A stretch of 64,000 nt of DNA, from assembly GCA_002269645.1 (NCBI GenBank), contig NIVC01000347.1:62001-126000 (forward strand), in the 5' to 3' direction. This stretch comes from Macrostomum lignano. Taxonomy: Eukaryota. Made by a program: the position numbers and the translations under genes. The notes beneath the pieces are model-generated. The model did not search any database and had not been told where the DNA came from. It saw only the letters and a list, made by a program, of their open reading frames with translations. How positions within the stretch are numbered: position 1 is the stretch's first letter; each line of letters opens with the position of its first letter. Below are positions 35,961 to 62,535 of the stretch, piece by piece.

Positions 35961-36464
35961 GAGAATGATTTTAAGGGTTAGACACGAGAGAGGAGAGGGT
36001 TTACGCATATGCAAAACGGGCAGAGGATGATAATCAAGCAATGGAAGCCAGAAGCGAAAGGTATATTTAGGGCAGAGCGCCATCATAACCTGAGAAGGCT
36101 GTGACAGCCTGCAGTCTTCAGTTGCTCAAAGCTGGGGTCACCTGAGCCACTCAAGCCGGCTTTATGCATGCCTGGGAAGCTGTACCGAACTCGGACACAA
36201 AGTGATCATTAATCCCTATTGCAGAGGTGAGGAGCCCCGGATGCTCTGGGCATCTTCTTACACAAGCTGATAGATTTATTTTTTATCTTTTCCCGAAACC
36301 CCAGATGGCGGATGCTGGGAAATCGCCGATGGAATAGACTGAGGATTAAGGTTTCTTGTGGATATTCTTGTATGTGTGCGAATTGTGTAGCATATTAGTA
36401 GCGGTTGACAAATTGATTGATGGGTTGTATGAATCATTGATCGGAGATCTGACAGCCTCAAAAT

Positions 36465-37260
36465 CTGAGCCCTGACACCCAAAATCGGCGCCCTGACACC
36501 CTCAAAATCGACGCTCTGACACTCAAAATCTGCGCCCTTACATCCTCAAACTCGACGCCCTGACACCCTCAAAATCGACGCCCTGACACCCTCAAAATCG
36601 ACGCTCTGACATCCTTAAAATCGACGCCCTAACACCCTCAAAATCGGCGTCCTGACACCCTCAAAATCGGCGTCCTGACACCCTCAAAATCAGGGCCCTG
36701 ACATCCTCAAAATCGACGCCCTAACACCCTCAAAATCGGCGTCCTGACACCCTCAAAATCGGCGTCCTGACACCCTCAAAATCAGGGCCCTGACATCCTC
36801 AAAATCGACGCCCTAACACCCTCAAAATCGGCGTCCTGACACCCTCAAAATCGACGCCCTGACACCCTCAAAATCGACGCTCTGACATCCTCAAAATCGA
36901 CGCCCTAACACCCTCAAAATCGGCGTCCTGACACCCTCAAAATCGGCGTCCTGACACACTCAAAATCAGGGCCCTGACATCCTCAAAATCGACGCCCTAA
37001 CACCCTCAAAATCGGCGTCCTGACACCCTCAAAATCGACGCCCTAGCACCCTCAAAATCGGCGTCCTGACACCCTCAAAATCGACGCCCTGACACCCTCA
37101 AAATCGACGCTCTGACATCCTCAAAATCGACGCCCTGACACCCTCAAAATCGAGGCCCTGACACTCTCAAAATCGACGCTCTGACACTCGAAATCTGCAC
37201 CCTTACATCCTTTAAATCTGAGCCCTGACACCCTGAAACTCGACGCCCTGACACCCTCAA
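36465..37260 (+). repeat. 23-bp minisatellite acaccctcaaaatcgacgccctg
   Basis: Read directly. Confidence 0.95.
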
Positions 37261-37824
37261 GTCTGCACTGTTTCAGTGCTTCTACTTGGGTCAAATGTAC
37301 ATGTAGGACCTAGCTATAACTCTACATACGCGTAGTCTGGCTTTGTAAATCATCTTTATCTTTACCGAAACGAACTGGCAGTTATTATTGCAGACTTGCA
37401 GTAAACTATGCATACACACGTGCATCTAAGCAATAATTATGCTGCTTTTTGGTACACAAGTTTCTGTCGGATTTATCTTAGCACAGCGATTGGGATGATT
37501 GGTACATATCTGCAATCAAACTGCTAAGGTCTCAGGCATAGCGGCTAAATTAGTCTTTGCTTGCTTGAGGGCATCGCGGTAGTCTCCATTAGTGAGCAGC
37601 TCTTTTGGCGGGTAAAACGCCAGAGTTCTTAGATCAGCAAATTCTTTTAAAAATTATGCATTTGAAAAGCATCGAATGTAAAGAAAATGCTCTGATTAGC
37701 AGACAGACAGATTTTGTTGGCCATGTTGGATAAACTATGTTTAGTTATTTGAATGCTGTTTTGGTTTCTGTTTGGCCGTCTTAATTCTCTCTAGTGCAGG
37801 ATTTGGCGCCACTTTTTTAACTTT

Positions 37825-38310
37825 TTGGCGCTTATAGTCATGGCGCTTATAGTTTGCGGCGCTTATAGTTTTGTCGCTTATAGTCGTTGCACTTATAGTT
37901 TGTGACGCTTAAAGTTGTGGCGTTTTTAGTTGTGGCCCTTCTAGTTTTGGCGCTTCTAGTTGTGGCGCTTCTAGTTGTGGCGCTTCTAGTTGTGGCGCTT
38001 CTAGTTGTGGCGCTTCTAGTTGTGGCGCTTCTAGTTGTGGCCCGTCTAGTTTTGGCGCTTCTAGTTGTGGCGCTTCTAGTTTTGGCGCTTCTAGTTGTGG
38101 CGCTTCTAGTTGTGGCGCTTCTAGTTGTGGCGCTTCTAGTTGTGGCGCTTCTAGTTGTGGCGCTTCTAGTTGTGGCGCTTCTAGTTGTGGCGCTTCTAGT
38201 TGTGGCGCTTCTAGTTGTGGCGCTTATAGTCATGGTGCTTTTGCCAGGTAGTTGTGGCGCTTACAGTGGCGCTTACAGTGGCGCTTATTTTTTGCGTTTA
38301 TAGTTGTGGT
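37825..38310 (+). repeat. 15-bp minisatellite ttctagttgtggcgc
   Basis: Read directly; explains the SATTR and VVALL ORFs. Confidence 0.96.
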
Positions 38311-40444
38311 ATCCTGTATAGTGCAGTTTGGTTAAATTTTGAACATCAGAGCCATTAAGAGGAGTTACTGACTCCTTCACCCATTTGGTAAATCTTTGCT
38401 TTTAAAAGCCTAGAAAATTTCTTCCTTCTTGGGCAACAGAAGCAAGACAGCAAGACGACCCTGCAACTTTTCAGGTTTCACTCGGGGGACAGGTGATGGG
38501 ATCTGCGCAATGAGGGATTTGTTTTTTGTTTGACTTGCGCAGGGCTTCACCGCAATCCTGTTTGAGCAGAGCTCAGCTGCAGCAACCGAAAGCATTTCGG
38601 ATTTCTCATTCGATTGTGATGGCTTGTCAGCGCATCATCCACCTTTCCCTTTTTATCACCATAGATTCATGCATTAGCCACGGCTAGAGAAATGCTTTTG
38701 AAATCTGTCTTTGCTGTCAAAGAAGATGACGAAGAGCTCAGTGGTTGCAGGAGGTTGTCTTTGGTCTTCTAAAAGAGGTCAGAGAGCAGACTGGCGGAAC
38801 TGCTGGCATCTACATTCTTCCTAAGAATCACAGCGGCCGTCACGCAAGTTCTGAACGACAGTCAATTGAAATTCTCTCTGCTTTTTCTTGTGCATAGCCC
38901 GGCAGCTCCAGGAGCAGGGTCTGACAGCTGCGGCGCCTCTCAGCTGATCTCCCAGCCTCACTCTGTAGGTTTTAAGCATCTCATCTGTCCCCTGTTCAAC
39001 CAACCCCCCTTCCCGGACTGACTCAATTCTGGCGCCACGATGCTGACAAACAGTTGAGCTGCCCAGACTCCAGACAGACTGACTGTTTCTCTTCTCAACA
39101 ACAACATCATTATTGAGCTCAAATCTTTGCCCCGAGGAACTTAATAACTGTTTTTTTTCAGTTCCCTGTTCTAAAAAATTTGAAGCAGTGCTGGGTTTAG
39201 TTTTAATGCTAGACAGTTTGCCCGGGAGCTATTATCTATCAGCTCTCTGCATGCTTAAGCTGCATCTCTGAATGGCTACACGCCTTCAAAAAGATTTCTC
39301 CTAGAAGAAGATCTAAGCAAGAAATTTCTCTTTCTCTTTAAGCCGAGGGCAAAATCGCCAGTTGACAACCGTCCGTCAGCTGGTTGTCCGTCCTCTGCCC
39401 CCCCCACCTCCTGTGCCCTGCGGCCTCGACAGGGATGTTAATGCGCGTCTCTGGCAGTTCCCCCAGCTGACCAACCAAGGATTCCCATGGAACTTGGAAC
39501 CAGGGCTGACTTTAATGTGCATTTTACACACACAAAAACATTTGATTGAACCAATTTTTTGGTTGTAACTTGATCACATTTTTTCAATTTTTGTGCTCAA
39601 ATGCTGAACGTTTGAATTGAAGTATTCCAAGGACTTCTCTCTATTAGCGAGATATTCGAGGTTTAACAGCAGATTATTGTCCATTGTGTGTACACAGAAA
39701 TCTTTCACGATCTCCTTGGCCAGAAGTGACCAGAGGACAAGGGGGAAACTTCATATTTCTTTCGGATGGTCGCTAACCCCAGCTCCAGCCCGTGGGAGAA
39801 CTCGAACCCCCAGCCAGCAAAAACTTCCTAATAGATACGTTTCCCCAGCAGAGGCAGCGAGAAAATTTCCGTGTTAAATATCGTCTCCTAATAGCAGACC
39901 CGGATGCCCGGGCCCATAACGTTTTGACAGCTTCTATCCCCGTCCGTCTGGGGGGCAGCTTTGGAATTTCAAAAAAATCCCACTTAGAAGGAAAGAATGG
40001 ACGCCTGTTCCCAGATTCTCAGATCCCCATCCGTCCAGACCCCCCCCCAGTTATATTGAAGCGCCCACTGACTGGCGGGCTTCAAACTTTCTTTTGTAGA
40101 CAAAAAAGAAATGACACAGGAGGAGCCCCCCTGCTTATGTTCAATGGCGGCGCGGCTGCTATGAAAGAATAAAATTGAAAATTGGGTGAGAGGGCAATGC
40201 GACGGAAAGGCATTGGGCCAGCTCACAGTGTCAGCTTGATTGGTTCCTTTTGTAGTCTTGCATTCTCCCCGCCTTTCTCTAACTCCTTTATCTGCTCTCT
40301 ACTCTCTCCCCTCTCCTTTCTCCGCTCTATACCCTCCCTAGAACTCTATTTGCCCTTTATAATCTTGCAAAATGTCATATTCTACATTTGTATAATTAAC
40401 TGTCTAGATTAGAATACAGATTAGAAGTAGGCAATCGTGTGTGC

Positions 40445-41209
40445 ATCTGTCTAATCTCTCTCTCTCTTATCGCTCTCACCTGTCTTATCTCTCTCTCACC
40501 TGTCTTATCTCTCTCTCTCTCACTTGTCTTATCTCTCTCTCACTTGTCTTATCTCTCTCTCACCTGATCTCTCTCTTTCGTCTTCTTATCTCTCTCTCGC
40601 CTGTCTTATCTCTCTCTCACTTGTCTTTCTGTCTCTCCCTGTCTTTCTCTCTCTCACCTGTCTTATCTCTCTCACCTGTCTTATCTCTCTCTCGCCTGTC
40701 TTATCTCTCTCTCACTTGTCTTTCTGTCTCTCCCTGTCTTTCTCTCTCTCACCTGTCTTATCTCTCTCACCTGTCTTATCTCTCTCTCACCTGTCTTATC
40801 TCTCTCTCTCACCTGTCATATCTCTCTCACCTGTCTTATCTCTCTCTCACCTGTCTTATCTCTCTCTCACCTGTCTTATCTCTCTCTCTCTCACCTGTCA
40901 TATCTCTCTCACCTGTCTTATCTCTCTCTCACCTGTCTTATCTCTCTCTCTCACCTGTCATATCTCTCTCACCTGTCATATCTCTCTCACCTGTCTTATC
41001 TCTCTCTCACCTGATCTATCTCTCTTTCGTCTTCTTATCTCTCTCTCGCCTGTCTTATCTCTATCTCACTTGTCTTTCTGTCTCTCCCTGTCTTTCTCTC
41101 TCTCACCTGTCTTATCTCTCTCACCTGTCTTATCTCTCTCTCACCTGTCTTATCTCTCTTACCTGTCTTATCTCTCTCTCTCACCTGTCTTATCTGTCTC
41201 TCACCTGTC

Positions 41210-41243
<34 letters not shown>

Positions 41244-41355
41244 TGTCTTATCTCTCTCTCTCTCACCTGTCTTATCTCTCTCTCACCTGTCTTATCTCTC
41301 TCTCACCTGTCTTATCTCTCGCTCACCTTTCTTATCTCTCTCTCACCTGTCTTAC
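40445..41355 (+). repeat. CT-rich minisatellite (tctctctcacctgtctta)
   Basis: Read directly. Confidence 0.94.
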
Positions 41356-42004
41356 TTCTATGTATAACTTTTTTTCGCCTTTGTCACTTATTTTTTCGAA
41401 CACACTGCTCTCTAGGCCATCTCAAAAGTATCTACTTCAGCTCTGTAATCAGCAGCAATCGACAAAGATTGCACAGCAGTCGCACACCTGCGGGATACCC
41501 TATAATTAGAAGCAAAATCGAGTTCAGAAGACACAGAATGTAAAAGTGTGCCATGTTTTACCAATAGCTATAATAGCCTTATATTGCAGTCCCGCGTCAT
41601 ATAGACATATCATCTAGCCTCCATCCAGTCTCCATCTTTTATTAAAAATCAATCGGGGATCAGGGATAGAGGAAGGCGGAGCCAAAATCCCCGGGATTCT
41701 CAGGAGCGGAATGGATAATTCTCCGTCAAAATAGCCCAGCTTCTAGGGGCAGAGCCGCCATAAAACTGTGCCCCAGCCGCCCCTGAACCGAAGTAAAAAG
41801 GGTCGCTTCCTCCTTCTGTCCAGCATAATAAAGTCGGAGAGGAAGTAAGAGGAGGGGGAACTGCTCAACCCTCTATACTCGCTCCTTTATGCCTGCTCTC
41901 TCCTTCCTCTCCCATGCGTGGCCCATGGATTATTAGGCACTCATAGATGCTTGGATTGGAAAGCAGAAATTGAATGAAATAAACGCCATTTAATTTTTGC
42001 TTGT

Positions 42005-43525
42005 GGCATCTCAGCAACTCTCCCCCATTGAGCCATGGCATGTCAGCAACTCCCCCCCCCATTGAGCCATGGCATCTCAGCAACTCCCCATTGAGCCATG
42101 GCATGTCAGCAACTCCCCATTGAGCCAATTGGCATCTCAGCAACTCCCCCATTGAGCCAATTGGCATCTCAGCAACTCCCCCATTGAGCCATGGCATGTC
42201 AGCAACTCCCCATTGAGCCAATTGGCATCTCAGCAACTCCCCCATTGAGCCATGGCATGTCAGCAACTCCCCATTGAGCCATGGCATGTCAGCAACTCCC
42301 CATTGAGCCAATTGGCATCTCAGCAACTCCCCCATTGAGCCATGGCATGTCAGCAACTCCCCCATTGAGCCATGGCATGTCAGCAACTCCCCCATTGAGC
42401 CATGGCATGTCAGCAACTCCCCCATTGAGCCATGGCATCTCAGCAACTCCCCATTGAGCCATGGCATGTCAGCAACTCCCCATTGAGCCAATTGGCATCT
42501 CAGCAACTCCCCCATTGAGCCAAGGCATGTCAGCAACTCCCCATTGAGCCAATTGGCATCTCAGCAACTCCCCATTGAGCCAATTGGCATCTCAGCAACT
42601 CCCCCATTGAGCCAATTGGCATCTCAGCAACTCCCCCATTGAGCCATGGCATGTCAGCAACTCCCCATTGAGCCAATTGGCATCTCAGCAACTCCCCCAT
42701 TGAGCCAATTGGCATCTCAGCAACTCCCCATTGAGCCAATTGGCATCTCAGCAACTCCCCCATTGAGCCATGGCATCTCAGCAACTCCCCCATTGAGCCA
42801 ATTGGCATCTCAGCAACTCCCCCATTGAGCCAATTGGCATCTCAGCAACTCCCCCATTGAGCCAATTGGCATCTCAGCAACTCCCCCATTGAGCCAATTG
42901 GCATCTCAGCAACTCTCCCCCATTGAGCCAATTGGCATCTCAGCAACTCCCCCATTGAGCCAATTGGCATCTCAGCAACTCCCCCATTGAGCCAATTGGC
43001 ATCTCAGCAACTCCCCCCCCCATTGAGCCAATTGGCATCTCAGCAACTCCCCCATTGAGCCATGGCATCTCAGCAACTCCCCCATTGAGCCAATTGGCAT
43101 CTCAGCAACTCCCCCCCATTGAGCCAATTGGCATCTCAGCAACTCCCCCATTGAGCCATGGCATCTCAGCAACTCCCCCCCCATTGAGCCAATTGGCATC
43201 TCAGCAACTCCCCCCCATTGAGCCAATTGGCATCTCAGCAACTCCCCATTGAGCCATGGCATCTCAGCAACTCCCCCCCCATTGAGCCAATTGGCATCTC
43301 AGCAACTCCCCCATTGAGCCATGGCATCTCAGCAACTCCCCCATTGAGCCATGGCATCTCAGCAACTCCCCCATTGAGCCATGGCATCTCAGCAACTCCC
43401 ATTGAGCCATGGCATCTCAGCAACTCTCCCCATTGAGCCATGGCATCTCAGCAACTCCCCCATTGAGCCATGGCGTCTCAGCAACTCCCTCATTGAGCCA
43501 TGGCGTCTCAGTAACTCCCCAATTG
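42005..43525 (+). repeat. About 30-33-bp minisatellite gcatctcagcaactcccccattgagcc(aatt/at)g
   Basis: Read directly; many units carry the palindrome CCAATTGG. Confidence 0.96.
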
Positions 43526-44124
43526 GGTTTTGGAATCTGAGCCAGTCCAGATTCTATACTTAAAAGCCGCATGAATTAGTAGTCCATGACCTCTACATCC
43601 GGCTAAAGAAGCCAGAGGAGACCTGAGAACGGTTGGTGGACATCCCCAGCTTTTGCCAATCTGCAAGCAAAAGCAGATTTTCCTTTGCTAATGGGGGTGA
43701 GGGCGGAGGAAAGGATTAGGCTGGGAACGGATCGTCATAAAAGTCATAAAATGGGCGACCGCGGAGCCTCTGACTGGGGAGCTTTTTCCGAGCCCCCAAC
43801 AGCGTCTCCAGCTCCAGCACCTCGGGGGGGGGATCCGTTCTGTGCAGCAGCTTCTGGTCATTTCCGCATTAATTATTGGCCATAACTATTTTGTTGCATA
43901 TTTAGGCCCGCGAAGATCTGTAGATCTGACTTTTGGAGTTGCATGGCCCAGCACCCATTGATCTGTATGCAATTTAAATCACTGCGATCTTTGTTTAAAT
44001 GACTGGTTCACTGATATAGATTTTGTTAAGAAAGTCAATTATAGAATTCAGACTTTTGGCGATAATTTTTAAAAACCCGGACGTGTTGGGCTCAGCCCGG
44101 ACTTTTCAGCTCCAGCACCAGGAG

Positions 44125-44606
44125 CGCCATTTCAGTTGAGTAGGGTGTCATTTCAGTTGAGTAGGGCGCCATTTCAGTTGAGTAGGGTGTCATTTCAGTT
44201 GAGTCGGGTGTCATTTCAGTTGAGTAGGGTGTCATTTCAGTTGAGTAGGGTGTCATTTCAGTTGAGTAGGGCGCCATTTCAGTTGAGTAGGGCGCCATTT
44301 CAGTTGAGTAGGGCGCCATTTCAGTTGAGTAGGGTGCCATTTCAGTTGAGTAGGGTGCCATTTCAGTTGAGTAGGGTGCCATTTCAGTTGAGTAAGGGTG
44401 CCATTTCAGTTCAGTAAGGTGCCATTTCAGTTGAGTAGGGTATCATTTCAGTTGAGTAGGGTATCATTTCAGTTGAGTAGGGTGTCATTTCAGTTGAGTA
44501 GGGTGCCATTTCAGTTGAGTAGGGTGTCATTTCAGTTGAGTAGGGTGTCATTTCAGTTGAGTAGGGTGCCATTTCAGTTGGGTAGAGTCATTTCAGTTGA
44601 GTAGGG
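44125..44606 (+). repeat. 21-bp minisatellite atttcagttgagtagggtgcc
   Basis: Read directly. Confidence 0.96.
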
Positions 44607-44999
44607 TGCGCACATGCCCTCTTGTCCCGCAACCAGTAACAGCCACTTTCAAGCCTACAATGACGAGGAAATGAAAAAATCCTTTCCTGCAAGAATCGTT
44701 TCAGGCAATCGTTAGATTTTCTGTTCAGATGGCTGCTGTTGACTCTACGGTAGCTTGTGGCGGCTTCCACCTTGGCTGAGTCGGCAAACACTCGCGATAA
44801 TTCTTGCATGCCATTTCACAGCCTTGCTCAGCCAAGCGCATGCATTGGTAGGTGAGCAAAAAACACGGAAAATAGCAAATAGCAAACGGAAAATGGCTGA
44901 CTTTTTGAAACCTTAACATTTTGCCTGACTGTCTTGATTGGGTCAGTTTTAGAATGCTTTCGGATTTCTGACTTGGGCAGAACTAAAAAAATAGACTGA

Positions 45000-45445
<446 letters not shown>

Positions 45446-46044
45446 CAGGTGAGGCCAATTAATTTTACACGCATGCCGAGTTGTGTGGCAGCTCAGCTGC
45501 TCAGTGACTCAGAGATTTCGCACGGATTACCCAAGGCTGCGGCAGTTCATAACAAGGTGGCCATGCACCGATTAACGCGAACGAATCTCTGAGCGCAAGG
45601 CTTATCTTAAATTGCGCGGATAAGTTGGATAAAGAACAGCTGAGACTGGCGGCGCGGAACACGCGCTGAGCTGAGTCCAGAAACTTCACCGCCGTCAATC
45701 TGGGCGCTGTGATTGATCGAGAAGCAACTCACATTAACAGCTGGGCATCTCTAGAGGGTCTCAGCCAGGAGAACACAAAAATGCTCACTGAATATTGGGA
45801 AGCTGGGTAATGCATGGTCTGAGTGGGCGGATAAAAGTTGGCGCCTCTGGGAGGGATTCGCTTCCCCGCCACCCCTCCCGCCATGCCGCTCTGCTGACTA
45901 ACGTGGGAAAAATTTCTTTTTTGAGATGCAAGCGAGATGGAGGAGGGCGGGAAGAGAGAAAGATGGAGCAGTGGAGGTATGCGGTTACTTGGCTGTGGCT
46001 GAGCTGACAGCTTCCTGACTGCCGCTGCTGGATCACCACTTGCT

Positions 46045-46325
46045 CTCTCTCCCTTTCTGTCTCCCTTTCTGTCTCCCTTTCTGTCTCCCTTTCTGTCTCC
46101 CTTTCTGTCTTCCTTTCTGTCTCCCTTTCTATCTCCCTTTCTGTCTCCCTTTCTGTCTCCCTTTCTGTCTCCCTTTCTGTCTCCCTTTCTGTCTCCCTTT
46201 CTGTCTCTCTTTTTGTCTCTTTTTCTGTCTCTCTTTTTGTCTCTTTTTCTGTCTCTCTTTTTGTCTCTTTTTCTGTCTCTCTTTTTGTCTCTTTTTCTGT
46301 CTCCCTTTCTGTCTCCCTCTCTCTT
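46045..46325 (+). repeat. 12-bp pyrimidine repeat (ctccctttctgt) just upstream of the protocadherin start
   Basis: Read directly. Confidence 0.93.
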
Positions 46326-46392
46326 TCCTACCTGCCTCTTCCTTCTCCAATGAAAAAATCCTAGCCCACCGGAACCCACTCCAAATCCTAGG

Positions 46393-57201
<10,809 letters not shown>

Positions 57202-57309
57202 ATTTTCTTGAATACTTTACTGAAACTTGAAGTCAGGTTAATTAATGATAACTGATTTGCTGCGACTATGAGGAACTATCCACATTTTTTGCTTCAGACC
57301 ACCTTAAAT

Positions 57310-57735
57310 ACAGCCTACAATCCATTGGAGCGCCCTGATTGGCTGAGACTGCAGTCCCCCAAACCATACTTTCCTACCCCAGAATACAAAAATACTTTCC
57401 TACCCCAGCCCTAGCTGATACTAGAGTACAGTGGCTCCATTCGGCTACAACCCCTCAGAGCTCCCTGATTGGCTGAGACAGCAGTCCCCCAAACCAATCA
57501 ATAATTTTCTAATCCAGCCCTAGCTGATACTAGAGTACAGTGGCTCCATTCGCCTACAACCCCTCAGAGCTCCCTGATTGGCTGAGACAGCAGTCCCCCA
57601 AACCAATCAATAATTTTCTACCCCAGCCCTAGCTGATACTAGAGTACAGTGGCTCCATTCGGCTACAACCCCTCAGAGCTCCCTGATTGGCTGAGACAGC
57701 AGTCCACCAACCCCAATTCTTTCCTACCCCAGTTA
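57310..57735 (+). repeat. About 108-110-bp tandem repeat, about 3.5 units, with ATTGG and CCAAT motifs
   Basis: ccagccctagctgatactagagtacagtggctcc recurs at 57405, 57513 and 57623. Confidence 0.9.
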
Positions 57736-58619
57736 TTCTAGCAGTATAGAGCTTTCTCATCAGTCTCTCTGTGTGTGCATAGCTAATTAGTACATAGTTA
57801 ATGGTGTAAGGTCGTTCTGTTGTCACTGTACTTCTTGCTCACTATATACCGACATTAAAACCACAGTAAAATAAAAAACTGTAATAGCGCCAATATAGTT
57901 AATCGACATAACCATAACGCCCAGCTTTTAATGTTGTTCTGCTAAAAATTCGATGTAATTAAATCGAATGTTTGATATTAATTTCTAGTGGTCATAAAGT
58001 GTCTTTAAAGCATCTAAAAATCTTTTAGCAACATCGAGACCGAGCAGAGCCTTGTTGCATAAATTAATTATTCTAATTAGCATATTCACTGAGGCAGATG
58101 CGGAAAAAATTTCAATCAGTTTTGAAATTAGCAAGTCAAATTCGTTTAGCCGACTTTCTCTGTCTCTGAACTGACATCTGGGTCCGAGCAGTTATTCTTG
58201 ACAGCAAATTTATTGTAGGAAAACCAGCGCAAGGATTTCAGCTGAAACTTTAAGTCCCTGGGGGATTCGAATTCCAGGAATATTTTGAGTGCTGTTGGCT
58301 GATGCAGATTCTGAATTAAAAACCTTGCTCAACTAAGAATCAAGATTTTTGCGGTTTTATTCAGTATTCGAATTTTGCTACTGTTCATCAGTAGTGTTTG
58401 TAGTGCTGGGTTTACTTATTGTTAAGATTGGAGTTGTGGAATATAAAGATTCGCAGAAAATTGGGATACATGATGGGCAAATATCTAAGTGATAGATAAA
58501 TATTTAGTGAAATACTTCTGAGAAAAATAGAGACTCAACAAAGACCTTAGCGATGTATGGAGATTCAAAACAAAAGCCTCAAAGAATTTTAGAGATTCGG
58601 GAGAAAAATCTAAAAGATA

Positions 58620-58800
58620 GCTAGATATATATTCGAGACAAAGGCCTCAGAGAAAAATAAATATTCAGGACAAGGTCCTCAGAGGAAGATATAGATTCAG
58701 GACAAAGACCTCAGAGGCAGATATAGATTCAGGACAAAGTCCTCAGAGAAGGAAATAGATTCACGACAAAGACCCCAGAGAAGGATATTCTGAACAAAGA
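58620..58800 (+). repeat. About 30-bp degenerate repeat gatatagattcaggacaaagacctcagag
   Basis: About 5 imperfect units. Confidence 0.75.
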
Positions 58801-58839
58801 CCAGAAACTAGCTTCATATTCAGTCAGAGGTGCAGTCAC

Positions 58840-60661
<1,822 letters not shown>

Positions 60662-61569
60662 TTTTGTTGAAAATTTCTTGTCACAAAAGTCTGCTTTTTC
60701 AATCCGCGCTGTTCCAAAACGTAGTGCGCAACAAAGCGCTTTTATACCCCTAGAAAACCATGGGCGCAACATCCTGTCTACCTGTCAAAACTATTTTTAA
60801 CTTGATGTGTCGTCCAAATCTTGGGCAGCTTCACGGTCCCTTCCTGAGCCTTTTGTCATAGGCCATTGTTTGCTTTTTTTCACTGCCCCAATCAAAAAAA
60901 ATAAATGTCTTTTGATGTTTTCGCATTTTTTCGATGTCAAACACGAGCAATCTGTCAGAACTGACAAAATGATTTACAATTTCTGCCGATAAAAATCCAC
61001 TCGTAGAGTGACTTTTGGTAAATAAGCCTGTTTATTTAAACAAATCGGAACAATTCTAGAACTTTCTGTTTTATTAACTTTTTCATGGCCACCACTATCG
61101 TGCACAGCAGTCATTGTACATGTGCGATCAAGTCAGTCACGGAAAAATCAGGATAATTTAAACAAAATCTGTAGTTAATATTAACAAAATATGTAACAAT
61201 TTTTACAAATAATGATAAATAGTGTTACATACAGTGCTTCAAAAGCAGCTATTAAAAGTAGGGCTCACAGTTCATAGTAGGATTACGAGCTAGTTAGAGA
61301 GGAAAGTCTATCTACCATAAATTGGAGTAGCTAGAAATTAAAAGAATCAAAGAATAAATGTTAAATATATTACTTCGTGTGCGTTTCTAAAACGCAGAAA
61401 GTTATTTAATTATATAAGCTCATGCACTGTAGTTTGAGTTGTATTGCACTTTTCCATCTGTCAATTCAAAATCATCAAGCAAATTTACGTGTAGCTAAAA
61501 TAAGTAATTTCTAAATTAAAAATTAAAAAACCGGAATCCATAATTTCTTGGAAATAAAACTGAATAGTG

Positions 61570-62390
61570 GACAGACAGACAATCCAACAGACAGACAGAC
61601 CATCTAACAGACAGACAGACCATCCAACAGACAGACAGACCATCCAACAGACAGACAGACAATCTAACAGACAGACAGACAATCTAACAGACAGACAGAC
61701 AATCTAACAGACAGACAGACAATCTAACAGACAGACAGACAATCTAACAGACAGAGAGACAGACCATCTAACAGACAGACAGACTATCTAACAGACAGAC
61801 AGACCATCTAACAGACAGACAGACCATCTAACAGACAGACAGACAATCTAACAGACAGACAGACCATCTAACAGACAGACAGACCATCTAACAGACAGAC
61901 AGACCATCTAACAGACAGACAGACAATCTAACAGACAGACAGACAGACCATCTAACAGACAGACAGACAATCTAACAGACAGACAGACAGACAATCTAAC
62001 AGACAGACAGACAGACCATCTAACAGACAGACAGACAATCTAACAGACAGACAGACAGACAATCTAACAGACAGACAGAGAGACAATCTAACAGACAGAC
62101 AATCTAACAGACAGACAATCTAACAGACAGACAGACAATCTAACAGACAGACAGACAATCTAACAGACAGACAGACAATCTAACAGACAGACAGACCATC
62201 TAACAGACAGACAGACCATCTAACAGACAGACAGACAATCTAACAGACAGACAGACAGACAATCTAACAGACAGACAGACAGACCATCTAACAGACAGAC
62301 AGACCATCTAACAGACAGACAGACAATCTAACAGTCAGACAGAAAATCTAACAGACAGACAGACAATCTAACAGACAGACAGACAATCTA
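61570..62390 (+). repeat. Compound repeat of (CAGA)n punctuated by atctaa
   Basis: Read directly. Confidence 0.96.
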
Positions 62391-62535
62391 ACAAATATAA
62401 AATCGTTCCCAACATCGTCATTTTTTCATCGCTTCTTCTCTTTCTTCTAAACTCTAAATTGCCATGGTCAAACTTCAGAAAGTCTGCATCCCGTCGCACG
62501 ACAGTCCCCAGGCCCTACAAAGCTGCTGTCCCGCA

